Below are positions 46,901 through 55,558 of a stretch of DNA of 64,000 bases, in pieces. The stretch is taken from the IMG/VR virus record IMGVR_UViG_3300025127_000020, positions 1 to 64,000 of that record, one strand, 5' to 3'. Under the pieces are notes generated by a model. The model saw only the letters and a program-made list of their open reading frames with translations. It was not told the origin of the DNA and did no database searches. The number at the start of each line of letters is the position of its first letter. Positions within the stretch are counted from its first letter, which is position 1. Both the position numbers and the translations under genes were made by a program. Source of the stretch: a virus.

Positions 46901-49900
46901 TAATAATTCTCTAGTTGGAATTAATGTAGATGTCCCAGTTTCAGGATCTATTACAATTTCGCCTGTGTTTGGATCTCTCATCGGTTTGGACGTTATTGTA
47001 AAAAAAGAGTTAAAATAGTCGTTTGCCTCTTGATTGAATTTGTCCCTAAATGATGAGAATGTAGAATCAACCGTTGTTCCCACCATCTCTGCAAAAGTTG
47101 GATCTGCGAATGAAACTAGTCCAGGAGTGGATTCGTTGATTGGACGACCCATAACTCTTTGGCAAAAAAGTTCTGGTGTCTCAAATGCTCCCGACAATGG
47201 AGGCGTGTTTAATGCCGCTTTAATCCTATCCGCTAACTGCTTTCGCCTGTTATTATTTCTTGCAATCTGATCTTCAACTTCAGATTCAGTTATGCCATTC
47301 TTTTCTGATAAAATTCTTCTCCTAAGTTCGTCATCTTCTAAGCATAAATTATTTGGATCTATAAATTGGTTTTGTGGTGCTAGTGCCTCAAAACAAATTG
47401 AAAAATCGATTGAGCCGCCGAGAGTAATAAAAAAGTTTTCTATTTCAGACTTTGTTCTTATTTTTAAGTTAGGATAAAATCTTTCTATGTAGTTCTGAAC
47501 TAACTGTAAAGTTTGATCCGTTGCTTCGCCATTTAAAAGTGTGCATAATTCATCAGAAGATAAAAATGTGGCTAGACCATCTACAAATGATTCTACTTCT
47601 TCAGGGTCAAAAGAACCGTCTCCACCTAGATTACTTATTGCTGATGATAATTCAAAAGGATCAATCTTTAGTGGACTGTCCAGATCATCATCTTTACAGC
47701 TAAGAATAGAGTCTATTGCACCTTTTAATAAGCCAGTTATCGTGTTCTTGATCATGAAAGCTAGGGTTTCACTAAGTGTCTTCATAAATTCAGCACCAAT
47801 GTCGTCGGTTGGAAAGTCATCAGGAACAAACATGGTTGGAACTTTTGGAAGTTCCTTTAAAAATTCAGACAAAACTTCAATGTCATTTGAAATCTGAGGG
47901 ACTTGTAAACAAGCCAGCGCATTTTGAAAAAGATGTGGAATAGAAATAGAATTTAAAGCATCGCTAAATACTTTTTCACTATTATCAATTGCCTTCTTTG
48001 TTTTAGGTAAAGAATTTTTTGTAGCCATTGAAGATTGAGTACAATTTTTTTCTTTTTTTCTTTTTTCATAAACATCTTTTTTTCTTGCAATGTTATCGAC
48101 ATAATTTTGCTCTTTTTTAAAATCCTCTATAGTTTTTACTGGTGGTCCGAGAGCCTCTGAATCACCTCCTGCATCAGACTCTGAAGAATTTGGAATAAAC
48201 TCAGGTGGGTCTTGTGTTACGAAAGATTGTATAAACTGAGATAAAGAATAAGAAGAATGTGAGTATTGATCTATTTTATGAATTATTTCTTGGACTCTAA
48301 CAGATTCTACTTCTTTTAATTTTTTAAATTTAACAAGACCTGTCTTAATCTCACGAAGCTCATTTTCATAAAAAATTGAAATATAGGATGCTTTGTAACC
48401 CTCTTTCCATCCTATAACAATTTGACCTTCTTCTCCTCCTCTTGCTGGCAAAGCTGCTAGCTTATCCAAATCCTCCTGCATAAATCCATTTTCGAGAAGA
48501 AGAATATCAAAAGAATTTTTATAATCAAGGAGAAGTTGAGATTCTTTTTTAACATCATAGACACGAACTTCGCCTTCATAGCTGTCTACCTGTGGCTTCA
48601 ATTTTAAAATTAGATTTGAAAATTCTTTAATATTATCTGAAAGAACTCTATAATCTACCTGTTCTTCCTCTGTCCTAAAATCATAATCTGATTCTGAATC
48701 TGGTAACGGCTCTACATATTTATGTTCTATTGTTACGAGAAACCTAGCTGTTGCTGATGTTTTAGGATCTACATAATGTTCTAAAACTTTTCCAAAAATT
48801 AATTTTTCAGTTAAGATTAAACTGTAAACAAAATCACTATCATGTTGTTTACCTTCTTCTTCAAAGATTTTACTTAAACCTTTATGCAAGACATCTTGAA
48901 GTGCCTCATTTCTAGAAGCGGATCCTTCTGCGCCCATTGCCCCCAGAGATTCAAAGTCGCTTGTCACAGACACTCTGTGTTCAGCCAATGATTTATCAAA
49001 CCAAGGCACATCAATCTCATATTCTGTCCAAGGTTTTTGTGGCAAACTCGCTTCATCATCTGCAATGTATCGGTCTATGACCACCTTATCATCGGTGAAA
49101 CTCATTTCGGCTGATTCGGGGATTCCCTCAAGAGCTTTTAAATCTGCACTTTTTATGTAAAAGAATTTTGATTTTTTATATAATTCACTATCTGGTAATG
49201 GTTCAATCTTAGACCACTCAAAAAAACCACCAGTTTTTTCTGTTCTAACAGCGACAACTGTGTTTTCAGGGACTTCAGTGAACTCTATGTAGTGACCTGC
49301 CGAAGGATAAATAACCTGCATTAGTGTGTCACTTGTCACCATGTGTGTTGATTCTAACAATGGAGGGTAAAGTTGTTTATCGCTTGGTGGAGGTGTTGCT
49401 TCTTCGAACTCTGTATCCCAAATAACAGTATATCTGAGCCACATGACACGCTTACCGCCAAGCCATCTAGGTTGCTTAAACGCTTCAGAACTAGGAGCAT
49501 CCTTTGCATAAATCTTGTTCATTTTGTCACACAACGGATAGAGAATGGTTGGAATTTCACTCCCATATTTAGTTATTGTGCAGCCTGCTGAACCTGAAGC
49601 CCAACCTTTTTTGTCCTTCCATTCAACGGTTGAATCTGCTACACTGTGACCATGAACATTAATTCCAAATCTCCCAGTGTCTTCACCAGAGCGTCCATCA
49701 ATGCCTTTACTATTTTCATAGTCTAATGTAGCGTTTGAGTTACCATCTCTCCAGACTGTTACTATTCCCTGTTGTGTTATTGCTGGCTTGCCTCTATGTA
49801 ATCCTGTTGCATAGGCTTTCCACTGACCGTTTTGTAAAATCGCTGTGCCTGCTCGACCCTCTTTCTTCCACACGGCACCACGAGTAACTACGCCACCTTG

Positions 49901-50161
49901 AGGCTCTGTTGTTACTGAAAATTCTTCTACGACCCATTCTCCATCTACTCTATAAATAGCATAAAGAACGTCGTCCCAATTTCTCCAGTTTCTCAGTGAG
50001 TTTCGAAGTGATAAAAGATTGATATCATAATCACCACGATCCATCCATTCAAAACCTTTTTTGTCGTAGGTGTTCATTGCACGAGAAGCTAATTCATAAG
50101 CCTCTGGTCCAGTGTGGTGAATGTGTCTTACGCCTAGTCTACGTCCTAATGCTTCGCCCAT
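43985..50161 (-). CDS. 2058-aa baseplate-associated protein with an N-terminal L,D-transpeptidase (YkuD)-like domain
   Basis: GRFGINVH-x(16)-GSAGC resembles the YkuD H...S.GC catalytic motif; long helical body; hydrophobic Gly/Ala-rich C-terminus. Confidence 0.65.
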   Translation of the reverse strand: MGEALGRRLGVRHIHHTGPEAYELASRAMNTYDKKGFEWMDRGDYDINLLSLRNSLRNWRNWDDVLYAIYRVDGEWVVEEFSVTTEPQGGVVTRGAVWKKEGRAGTAILQNGQWKAYATGLHRGKPAITQQGIVTVWRDGNSNATLDYENSKGIDGRSGEDTGRFGINVHGHSVADSTVEWKDKKGWASGSAGCTITKYGSEIPTILYPLCDKMNKIYAKDAPSSEAFKQPRWLGGKRVMWLRYTVIWDTEFEEATPPPSDKQLYPPLLESTHMVTSDTLMQVIYPSAGHYIEFTEVPENTVVAVRTEKTGGFFEWSKIEPLPDSELYKKSKFFYIKSADLKALEGIPESAEMSFTDDKVVIDRYIADDEASLPQKPWTEYEIDVPWFDKSLAEHRVSVTSDFESLGAMGAEGSASRNEALQDVLHKGLSKIFEEEGKQHDSDFVYSLILTEKLIFGKVLEHYVDPKTSATARFLVTIEHKYVEPLPDSESDYDFRTEEEQVDYRVLSDNIKEFSNLILKLKPQVDSYEGEVRVYDVKKESQLLLDYKNSFDILLLENGFMQEDLDKLAALPARGGEEGQIVIGWKEGYKASYISIFYENELREIKTGLVKFKKLKEVESVRVQEIIHKIDQYSHSSYSLSQFIQSFVTQDPPEFIPNSSESDAGGDSEALGPPVKTIEDFKKEQNYVDNIARKKDVYEKRKKEKNCTQSSMATKNSLPKTKKAIDNSEKVFSDALNSISIPHLFQNALACLQVPQISNDIEVLSEFLKELPKVPTMFVPDDFPTDDIGAEFMKTLSETLAFMIKNTITGLLKGAIDSILSCKDDDLDSPLKIDPFELSSAISNLGGDGSFDPEEVESFVDGLATFLSSDELCTLLNGEATDQTLQLVQNYIERFYPNLKIRTKSEIENFFITLGGSIDFSICFEALAPQNQFIDPNNLCLEDDELRRRILSEKNGITESEVEDQIARNNNRRKQLADRIKAALNTPPLSGAFETPELFCQRVMGRPINESTPGLVSFADPTFAEMVGTTVDSTFSSFRDKFNQEANDYFNSFFTITSKPMRDPNTGEIVIDPETGTSTLIPTRELLPSLSEFYSNPSFDIEHEIESFKIPIEENYELQGELERFVERSNAVERETDKWIVAIEILFNYFQINEETDFIGLSAALRRWQQNMEQNVEDLNERRNVLIRQKRTMIETENTEDVERIEKEIEAVDIILAERWLFRVEDLVEYQKRLKEYRQRQFQIDAVQGSSAEILNYSPSRELKLRTFSAGFSYDYEISVDSGVFLDPTTGTFPPQVYRREKRLSPEELSFVSSRVPPGDRRPFTLFESIIRRGLGPFQLTQEDYEVIDYELIYKSLKVKFIEEITKKLNTSPYFKNVKANKKAIELIELVTKATSPECDNHVLRLKTLIDEIKKNFSEEFCVDADSLEGKPSKTPFETELMRACIRLTIRHYILEGLLRSIISNSVFATSELEEAVIFDFTFDLMKSEMQRYGSYYDDFLNEVGEYLLDPDLLEPPSPEGVMIELFESEFKEIKLAFEIAIMKPKGLTQTVKDFFINKILLDTEEVINRQNIGNDTFENHYHKDLVVQRAVRFHFGDMTSFDENLSPRNNVFYEHEDSESLEERVRDYAQELIGLGVSKQEIRDSIQSYYVVCLVDMAYPYYRDGLESFNPDFGFVNNPRPARPSAEKAFLTPDKRRIVIPLFETKRKPYTMVFSESPTHRSTADDLRQEERHLEARYQELYRARDRIWDNPRNHYHHDMTEPLLPNRQAAYDAIVTEIDTLLVRLNEIRNLIGGFSQEEIPMQEITDFEGVSLSFKNNTNEYALQELKLSAEVSVLLDYIFPLEIYKSSFIIYEMSTLSLISEVRNALLVSRDELNILFYTITPEADDWKKIAKPMQENSSEDILAAYQFNFGLQLGSCKSDLAWNFGLDVDWGNAFKGLSLGAAAKAASDAALQVFKDYVEKNDPNIKLAVYLSKLQRLACIDVSPTENSLGLSIANPLLYGPNPLNAAYNALGLGNLNKKGSKEQPNVEGLERRDICEELAERDSQESNSDNDE

Positions 50162-50164
50162 TTA

Positions 50165-51079
50165 TTAATTTACCTTATTATAGCGACTTAGAATATAGAA
50201 ATCGCCAGTCACTTTTAAATAGTTATTACCCCAAGAATCAATGTTACTTCGATTTAGACGTAAAGATGGTTTAGATTTTTGCATTAATCTAAGATTGTAA
50301 AAAGGAACTGTCAACTGTAGGGTTGGAGATTTTTCTGTAGGATATCCAGGCTTTGTGCTAATATGCCAATGGTCTTTAAGTTCTGCATTAATTTTGTGCT
50401 GAGATTGTAAAATTCCCTCCACAACACCATTTAATTTTTGAACAAGGTGTGCAAGTTTGTTGAATGCTTCTACAACATTATCACCTCGAACCATTGGCTG
50501 TAAATCACTTGTGTCATTTCCAGCAATAAGATGAATTCCGTCAACAGTCGCCTCAAGGTCACCACCTTGAGAGTTCTTCTTATCAGTTCTTGTGATTAAT
50601 CTTATTTCTTCTCTGCCTATTATCCTGACACTATCTGCTTTAATGCCTACTGCGGATTTTGCTATAGACTCAGAAATTCCCTCTGTGTTAAGTCCAAAAT
50701 TTTTATCTACGTCAGTCTTTTGACTTATGTAGATTCTTGCTGCGTCTGTTGCAAAGTTTGGATCAACATAAGTGTCTTTCTTTACGAAATAACTCGATCG
50801 ACCCACGACCAAATCCATCATTGATGCCTGATGATCTCCTGAGCCTCCATAGCCTGTAGTTCTATCTCCTGGTCTGTCTCTACCCATTACAATGTAGTTA
50901 TTGTTTTTACCAGCATAAATTTTTTCACACCCAGCTTTTACAAATTCTGGAATAGCTTCCATAAGTTCATCGCAAAAAATACCCCTTCTCTCAATTCCAT
51001 CATGAGATTCGGAAATGTGCTCTTGTTGTGATTTAGATAAGTTTTCTTCTTGAATTGCGTTCTTGGTTGTAGCTTTCAT
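50165..51079 (-). CDS. Baseplate hub/spike-like protein (gp5 C-terminal-like)
   Basis: Beta-rich ARIYISQKTDVD and IKADSVRIIGREEIRL segments; position between the gp5-like gene and gp25. Confidence 0.5.
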   Translation of the reverse strand: MKATTKNAIQEENLSKSQQEHISESHDGIERRGIFCDELMEAIPEFVKAGCEKIYAGKNNNYIVMGRDRPGDRTTGYGGSGDHQASMMDLVVGRSSYFVKKDTYVDPNFATDAARIYISQKTDVDKNFGLNTEGISESIAKSAVGIKADSVRIIGREEIRLITRTDKKNSQGGDLEATVDGIHLIAGNDTSDLQPMVRGDNVVEAFNKLAHLVQKLNGVVEGILQSQHKINAELKDHWHISTKPGYPTEKSPTLQLTVPFYNLRLMQKSKPSLRLNRSNIDSWGNNYLKVTGDFYILSRYNKVN

Positions 51080-52638
51080 TAATAAAATCCACCTCCCTTA
51101 AATTTAGCATTCTTGCCTGTTTCATAAGTCGGCTTTCCTTTCAGTTTAGATAATTCAAAAACCTCCTTCAAAAAATCTTCCCATCGTGTGCCTATTTCAA
51201 TTCCAAGTGTTTTGCGACCATCAAAATGCCAATATTCGCCACCCATTCCTGGCTTTCCTGTTGTCCACCAAGTTGATCTCGATCTTATTGGATCATATTT
51301 CATTACATCTTTCATTATCTCAGTCAAATTGACAAATGTTCCTTTGTAATTTTTTTTTATTTTTTGAGGCTTATTCCAAGCTGGAATTATTAATTTCTTT
51401 ATTGTTATTTCTTGAGGCTTATAAACTTTTCCTTCATATTCAAAGGTTGCTTGAGGGGTGTCAGTTCTTGCCCAAACAAGATATGGTCCTCTGTTTCCTG
51501 TGTTGGATAATAACTCTACATAATTTTCTCTTTTCTTGAGATTCCAGTGGCTCATTCCATTATTATTTAAATCAATTGCAGTGCCTGTGTAGTGAAAAGA
51601 TGTTAAAATTTGTGCTGAACTTTTAGGCTTTGATCCTAAACCACGACCTGAACCAGATGAGTGAAAAGTACAACCAAGTGCATTTAAAATTTCTTTCACT
51701 TTTGCATGCCTGTCTGCCAAATCACTCCTAACAGAATCTTTACCTCCTGGAGGGAATTTCGATGACGCACCTGGAGTTCTTGGAAAGTCAACTGGTGCCT
51801 TTACAATTTTGTGCTTTGGGTTTGACTTTACTTCCTTTTTATCTTCTTCTTTATTTTCTTTAATTCTCTGTTTTGACGCTGGTTGTGCTGTTTCTTTTTT
51901 AGGAGGCTTTTTAAAAGCACTTTTAGCTTCGCCTTTTGTTGAAGACTTAAGTGCAGATTGTTTTGTTCTATTTTCAACTGGTCCAAGGTAGATGTAAGAG
52001 TCTCCCTGAGCAACTCTAACTCTAACCTTTTCACCAACTGTTGGCTCTGGTGTGTCTTCTTTTTCTGAAACAAACGTTCTATGTAAATAAATTAATCCCC
52101 TTTGGTAAATCGCTTCTTCTTCATTAAAAGGAGCAAATTGTGGTTCTTCAAGCATTGCATCAAGTTCTGGAATTCTTATTTTATAAGTTTTAAGTCTATT
52201 GACCTGTGGGTTGTCAGATTTTTTATCAACATAAGAGTTTGTGTGATCTGAATATTCCTTACTTAGGGAAGAAATCTTAGCTAAAACAATTCCAATGTAG
52301 TCACCCTCTTTTACAGCGGCTGAACCAAATGTTTGAACTACTGTTTTTCGAAGTGCTTCAACTGAAGTTTCATTTTTAGTGTCTAAAGATTCTTGAACTG
52401 GAACAGGAGATGAAGGTGGTCTATTTAATATTCCTACTGGATTTTTTGGCTTTTCTTTAGATGCTTTATTTACATTAACTCTATTATTAACTTCTTTTGT
52501 AGATTTTCTGTTTTTTCTACTCGCAATCTTACCATCTTTTGTTGCAACAACTTGAGATTGAGTTGGTCTTTTAGCTGCTGATTCTTTATCTACATTATCT
52601 TCTTTTCTCGTAGTTACTTTTCCGCATGATTCACTCAT
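51079..52638 (-). CDS. gp5-like OB-fold hub protein fused to an M15-family Zn peptidase
   Basis: YKIRIPELD...PTVGEKVRV (OB-fold-like), a K-rich linker, then SFHYTGTAIDL (SxHxxGxAxD) and EYWHFD (ExWH). Confidence 0.7.
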   Translation of the reverse strand: MSESCGKVTTRKEDNVDKESAAKRPTQSQVVATKDGKIASRKNRKSTKEVNNRVNVNKASKEKPKNPVGILNRPPSSPVPVQESLDTKNETSVEALRKTVVQTFGSAAVKEGDYIGIVLAKISSLSKEYSDHTNSYVDKKSDNPQVNRLKTYKIRIPELDAMLEEPQFAPFNEEEAIYQRGLIYLHRTFVSEKEDTPEPTVGEKVRVRVAQGDSYIYLGPVENRTKQSALKSSTKGEAKSAFKKPPKKETAQPASKQRIKENKEEDKKEVKSNPKHKIVKAPVDFPRTPGASSKFPPGGKDSVRSDLADRHAKVKEILNALGCTFHSSGSGRGLGSKPKSSAQILTSFHYTGTAIDLNNNGMSHWNLKKRENYVELLSNTGNRGPYLVWARTDTPQATFEYEGKVYKPQEITIKKLIIPAWNKPQKIKKNYKGTFVNLTEIMKDVMKYDPIRSRSTWWTTGKPGMGGEYWHFDGRKTLGIEIGTRWEDFLKEVFELSKLKGKPTYETGKNAKFKGGGFY

Positions 52639-52948
52639 CTTCTTCTTTCGCCTCTGCGCTTAAGAGATCATAAATTTCCTCCTTCTCTATTGAAGACAAG
52701 CCATCGGATTTTGATTCTTTCTTTTGAATTAGTGCTGCGAGTTTGACCATTTGTTCATTTGATCTTTGCAGTGTTTCAACATATTTTGAAGCAATCATGC
52801 CGCACTGTTGAATGGTTGAGAGACCGTTTTGCTTATTCATTTCCTGAACAAGTTCAGTCAATAGGTGAGATGTAATTGCTCTGTCTGAGCGAATGTTATC
52901 TATTGCTTCTCCAATAAAATCCTCAAGGTTCTGATTCTTTTTTGTCAT
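52631..52948 (-). CDS. Helical hypothetical protein (start revised to ATG 52948)
   Basis: SD GAGG before MTKKNQ; overlaps both neighbours. Confidence 0.6.
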   Translation of the reverse strand: MTKKNQNLEDFIGEAIDNIRSDRAITSHLLTELVQEMNKQNGLSTIQQCGMIASKYVETLQRSNEQMVKLAALIQKKESKSDGLSSIEKEEIYDLLSAEAKEEDE

Positions 52949-53678
52949 TATGTCTTTCCTCAATGTGGGTTACTTTGCCCTCATTCCAATCAGACTTGAA
53001 AGAACGATACTTTACTCGAAGTTTATTTAAGTTATTTACAACCTGCTTCGTATTGAGTCCTGTAAGTTCTCTCAGGTAAAGGTAAATAGCTTTCTTATTA
53101 AAAATTTCAATGTCGTCAGGCTGCTCCATTAGAATCTTGACTGCTTTATAAACCCTCTCTTCTGTAGGCTTCATGGGCATCTCACCCCACTTTTCAATCT
53201 CAGACCATAGTGCTTGCCAAAACTGTTTTTGTTCTAACTTTTCTTCGTAGGGATTGTAAGTTGATAAATATCTCTCTTCTATGGTTCTTGGGATGTAGTC
53301 ATATTGAATTTCTCTTTGTCTTTGTAAAGAATGTTTTTTAACTTTATGAATAAACCAATTTTTTGTAATGACTGAAAAATAAGAAAAAGCCTTTGATCCC
53401 TTGGATGGGTCGAATTTTTCAAGAATTGTTGTAAGCCAAATTTTACATTCATCTCGCAATTCATCAATGTTTGGAAGTGTTGTAAACTTATAAGTGAAGA
53501 CAATCTTATCAACCATCTCGTTCATTGCTGGCTGAATTAAGCCTCTGTAGAGTTCTTCTCTTTTCTTTCTGTCCCTAGTTGAACAATAATCAATTATTGC
53601 CTGTTCATGGACCTCAGTGAAATAAAGTCTCTTAGTTCTCTTACGTCGCTTTCTCTTAATCTTCTTCTGCTCTGTCAT
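52923..53678 (-). CDS. Phage late sigma factor (T4 gp55-like)
   Basis: LYFT..HEQAI, FDPSKGSKAFSYFSVITKNWF (sigma region 2-like; compare gp55 NPFAYFT.I..NAF), C-terminal HTH-like LRELTGLNTKQV. Confidence 0.75.
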   Translation of the reverse strand: MTEQKKIKRKRRKRTKRLYFTEVHEQAIIDYCSTRDRKKREELYRGLIQPAMNEMVDKIVFTYKFTTLPNIDELRDECKIWLTTILEKFDPSKGSKAFSYFSVITKNWFIHKVKKHSLQRQREIQYDYIPRTIEERYLSTYNPYEEKLEQKQFWQALWSEIEKWGEMPMKPTEERVYKAVKILMEQPDDIEIFNKKAIYLYLRELTGLNTKQVVNNLNKLRVKYRSFKSDWNEGKVTHIEERHNDKKESEP

Positions 53679-53949
53679 CTTTTTCAGCTACCACTCTGTT
53701 TTGAAATTCTTCTGACCATTGATGAAACTCTTTTATAATTGATAATAGTTCTTTTAACCTTGGCTCACCATAGTAAAGATCCATTTTATAAGTCTCTTCC
53801 ATAAATTGATGGAACGAAGAGAATCTTTCATTAATCTCTAATGAATTGTTTTCAATTATTTGAAGAATTTTATTTATATACCAAACTAAAATACCAATAA
53901 CAATTATAGAAATTGGAAAAAGAAGATAAATTATAATAGCCTCAATCAT
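53656..53949 (-). CDS. Small membrane-anchored protein
   Basis: N-terminal TM helix followed by a helical region. Confidence 0.6.
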   Translation of the reverse strand: MIEAIIIYLLFPISIIVIGILVWYINKILQIIENNSLEINERFSSFHQFMEETYKMDLYYGEPRLKELLSIIKEFHQWSEEFQNRVVAEKDDRAEED

Positions 53950-54196
53950 CTAATTCCCTTTTTGATTCTTCTTTGTGTTGGTCTAAAATTTGCTTAGAAT
54001 CTTTTATAAAATCATTCACTCTTTGTGCTGCACCTGTCTTCTCATTTGTTTTAGCGTTAAATGAAATTTTATCATAAACTCTTTTTAAACACTCTACAGA
54101 ACCACAGACTTCACACTTAGATAAAGTCTCTGACATTCCATGAAAAGTTTGAAATGTTTCATTACATTCTGAACATTTATAGGTGTAGCGAGGCAC
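53942..54196 (-). CDS. FmdB-family zinc-ribbon protein
   Basis: MPRYTYKCSEC...F...H.M......CEVCGS...LKR. Confidence 0.85.
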   Translation of the reverse strand: MPRYTYKCSECNETFQTFHGMSETLSKCEVCGSVECLKRVYDKISFNAKTNEKTGAAQRVNDFIKDSKQILDQHKEESKRELDD

Positions 54197-54402
54197 TATT
54201 TATTCTCTTCTAAAATCTCTTCAATGGTAAAGGTTGGGGGGTTTGTGACTACCAGTTCTCCGTTTTTTGTTCCCCAGCGCTTAGTCGTCTCATCTTTAGT
54301 AAAATCCATTGACTTTAAAACTGGAACTATGTCTGTTTGTTCCAACAAACTTTTTTGAAGTGCCATCATAATAGCGCTCAATGCTTGATCACTCAGTTTC
54401 AT
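54196..54402 (-). CDS. Small hypothetical protein (start revised to ATG 54402)
   Basis: SD AGGAG before MKLSDQAL. Confidence 0.6.
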   Translation of the reverse strand: MKLSDQALSAIMMALQKSLLEQTDIVPVLKSMDFTKDETTKRWGTKNGELVVTNPPTFTIEEILEENK

Positions 54403-55558
54403 TTTCTTCTCCTGTTGTTTCATTTAATTGTAGAACTTTATCTACTACATTATTATAACTCATATTTATTTTTTGTTCAGTAAAATTTTCTTTTATAAAG
54501 TTTTGATGCTTTTTGGCAATCCCTTTAAATTTTGAATAATTGTTGTAAACTTCTCTCATCTTTTCTCTAACAGAAGAAGTTTTTGAAAAGCACCATTTAG
54601 TCTCTTTATTAAGAACTCCTTCCCAAACTTGATAGTCTTTTAATTCTTCTACTTCGTAATTTACATTTAAAATAAAGTTTTCAGCATAGTCTTCTATTCC
54701 TCCCCAAACAGGAGCTATAATCGGAACTGCATGTTGTGCTGCTTCAAAAACTGGTAGACCAAAACCTTCACCATGAGTTGTAGTGATATAACAAGAAACT
54801 TTTTTATTATTATAAAGAGATGACATTTGCTGATCTGTAAGTGAGCCATGGAGCAAGTGAACTTTGCACTTTCTATCCTGCGGAAACTCTCTTAAGATCG
54901 CTTGTAATCTTTTTGTAACATGTTCCTTATCAATTTGACTACTTCCTTTTATGTTTAGTTTTAAAATTAAACCAACTTCTTCACTTTGAAATTCTTCAAT
55001 AAATGATGTTATTGTTTGTTCTACATTCTTTCTTGGATTCCATTGAGCTACCGTTAGAAAATTAAATTCTGTAGAAAAGTCAAAGTTTGTCTTTTTGGGT
55101 GCAATGTTTCTTGACGGAAAACTTATAACCTCGATTAGATCAGAAACTTCCTCTGTGAAAGAATTCTTTGAATGCTCAGAAGGAACTAGAACCTTATCCA
55201 TAGACTTACAAGCTGCAATCCACTCGCTGGGTGCCTTAGTCGTTTCTACGCCAGCACAAACGCCGATGTTTCGCTCACAAAGGTTTTGCCATTCAACGGG
55301 AAGCTGAACCTGAACTGATGCTGCGAAATCACGAACTCCTGCCTGAATTTCACTTGCCGTTTTAATAATAGTTTGATCTATCCAGCTTCTTTCTTCTGTG
55401 TCTTCGGAAATCCATCCAGAACTTCCCCAACCAACATTCAACAAGTAGATTTCATTTCTTTCATCTGAACGTAAAGCCCTTAAAACAGTTCTACAATGCT
55501 CACCGTAGCCAGACCTCGACAATGCTGGACCTCTTACCAAAATCTTTCTTTTGCTCAT
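54389..55558 (-). CDS. Glycosyltransferase, GT-B fold (GT4-like)
   Basis: SGYG, VPSEHSK, RKNV and THGEGFGLPVFEAA (ExFGxxxxE). Confidence 0.9.
   Translation of the reverse strand: MSKRKILVRGPALSRSGYGEHCRTVLRALRSDERNEIYLLNVGWGSSGWISEDTEERSWIDQTIIKTASEIQAGVRDFAASVQVQLPVEWQNLCERNIGVCAGVETTKAPSEWIAACKSMDKVLVPSEHSKNSFTEEVSDLIEVISFPSRNIAPKKTNFDFSTEFNFLTVAQWNPRKNVEQTITSFIEEFQSEEVGLILKLNIKGSSQIDKEHVTKRLQAILREFPQDRKCKVHLLHGSLTDQQMSSLYNNKKVSCYITTTHGEGFGLPVFEAAQHAVPIIAPVWGGIEDYAENFILNVNYEVEELKDYQVWEGVLNKETKWCFSKTSSVREKMREVYNNYSKFKGIAKKHQNFIKENFTEQKINMSYNNVVDKVLQLNETTGEENETE

Noticed and set aside
11559-51079. Other TAATG stop/start overlaps (11559, 13281, 18209, 41686, 51079) as frameshift sites
   Set aside because: Ordinary translational coupling; unlike 4329 there is no paralogue showing the two ORFs belong to one chain.
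52631-52948. Small terminase call for the helical ORF after the sigma factor
   Set aside because: Size and helicity fit, but I see no recognisable motif and it is far from terL; left as hypothetical.
54196-54203. Plus-strand CTATTTAT copy
   Set aside because: Overlaps a stop codon with no plus-strand gene downstream; a few chance copies are expected in AT-rich DNA.
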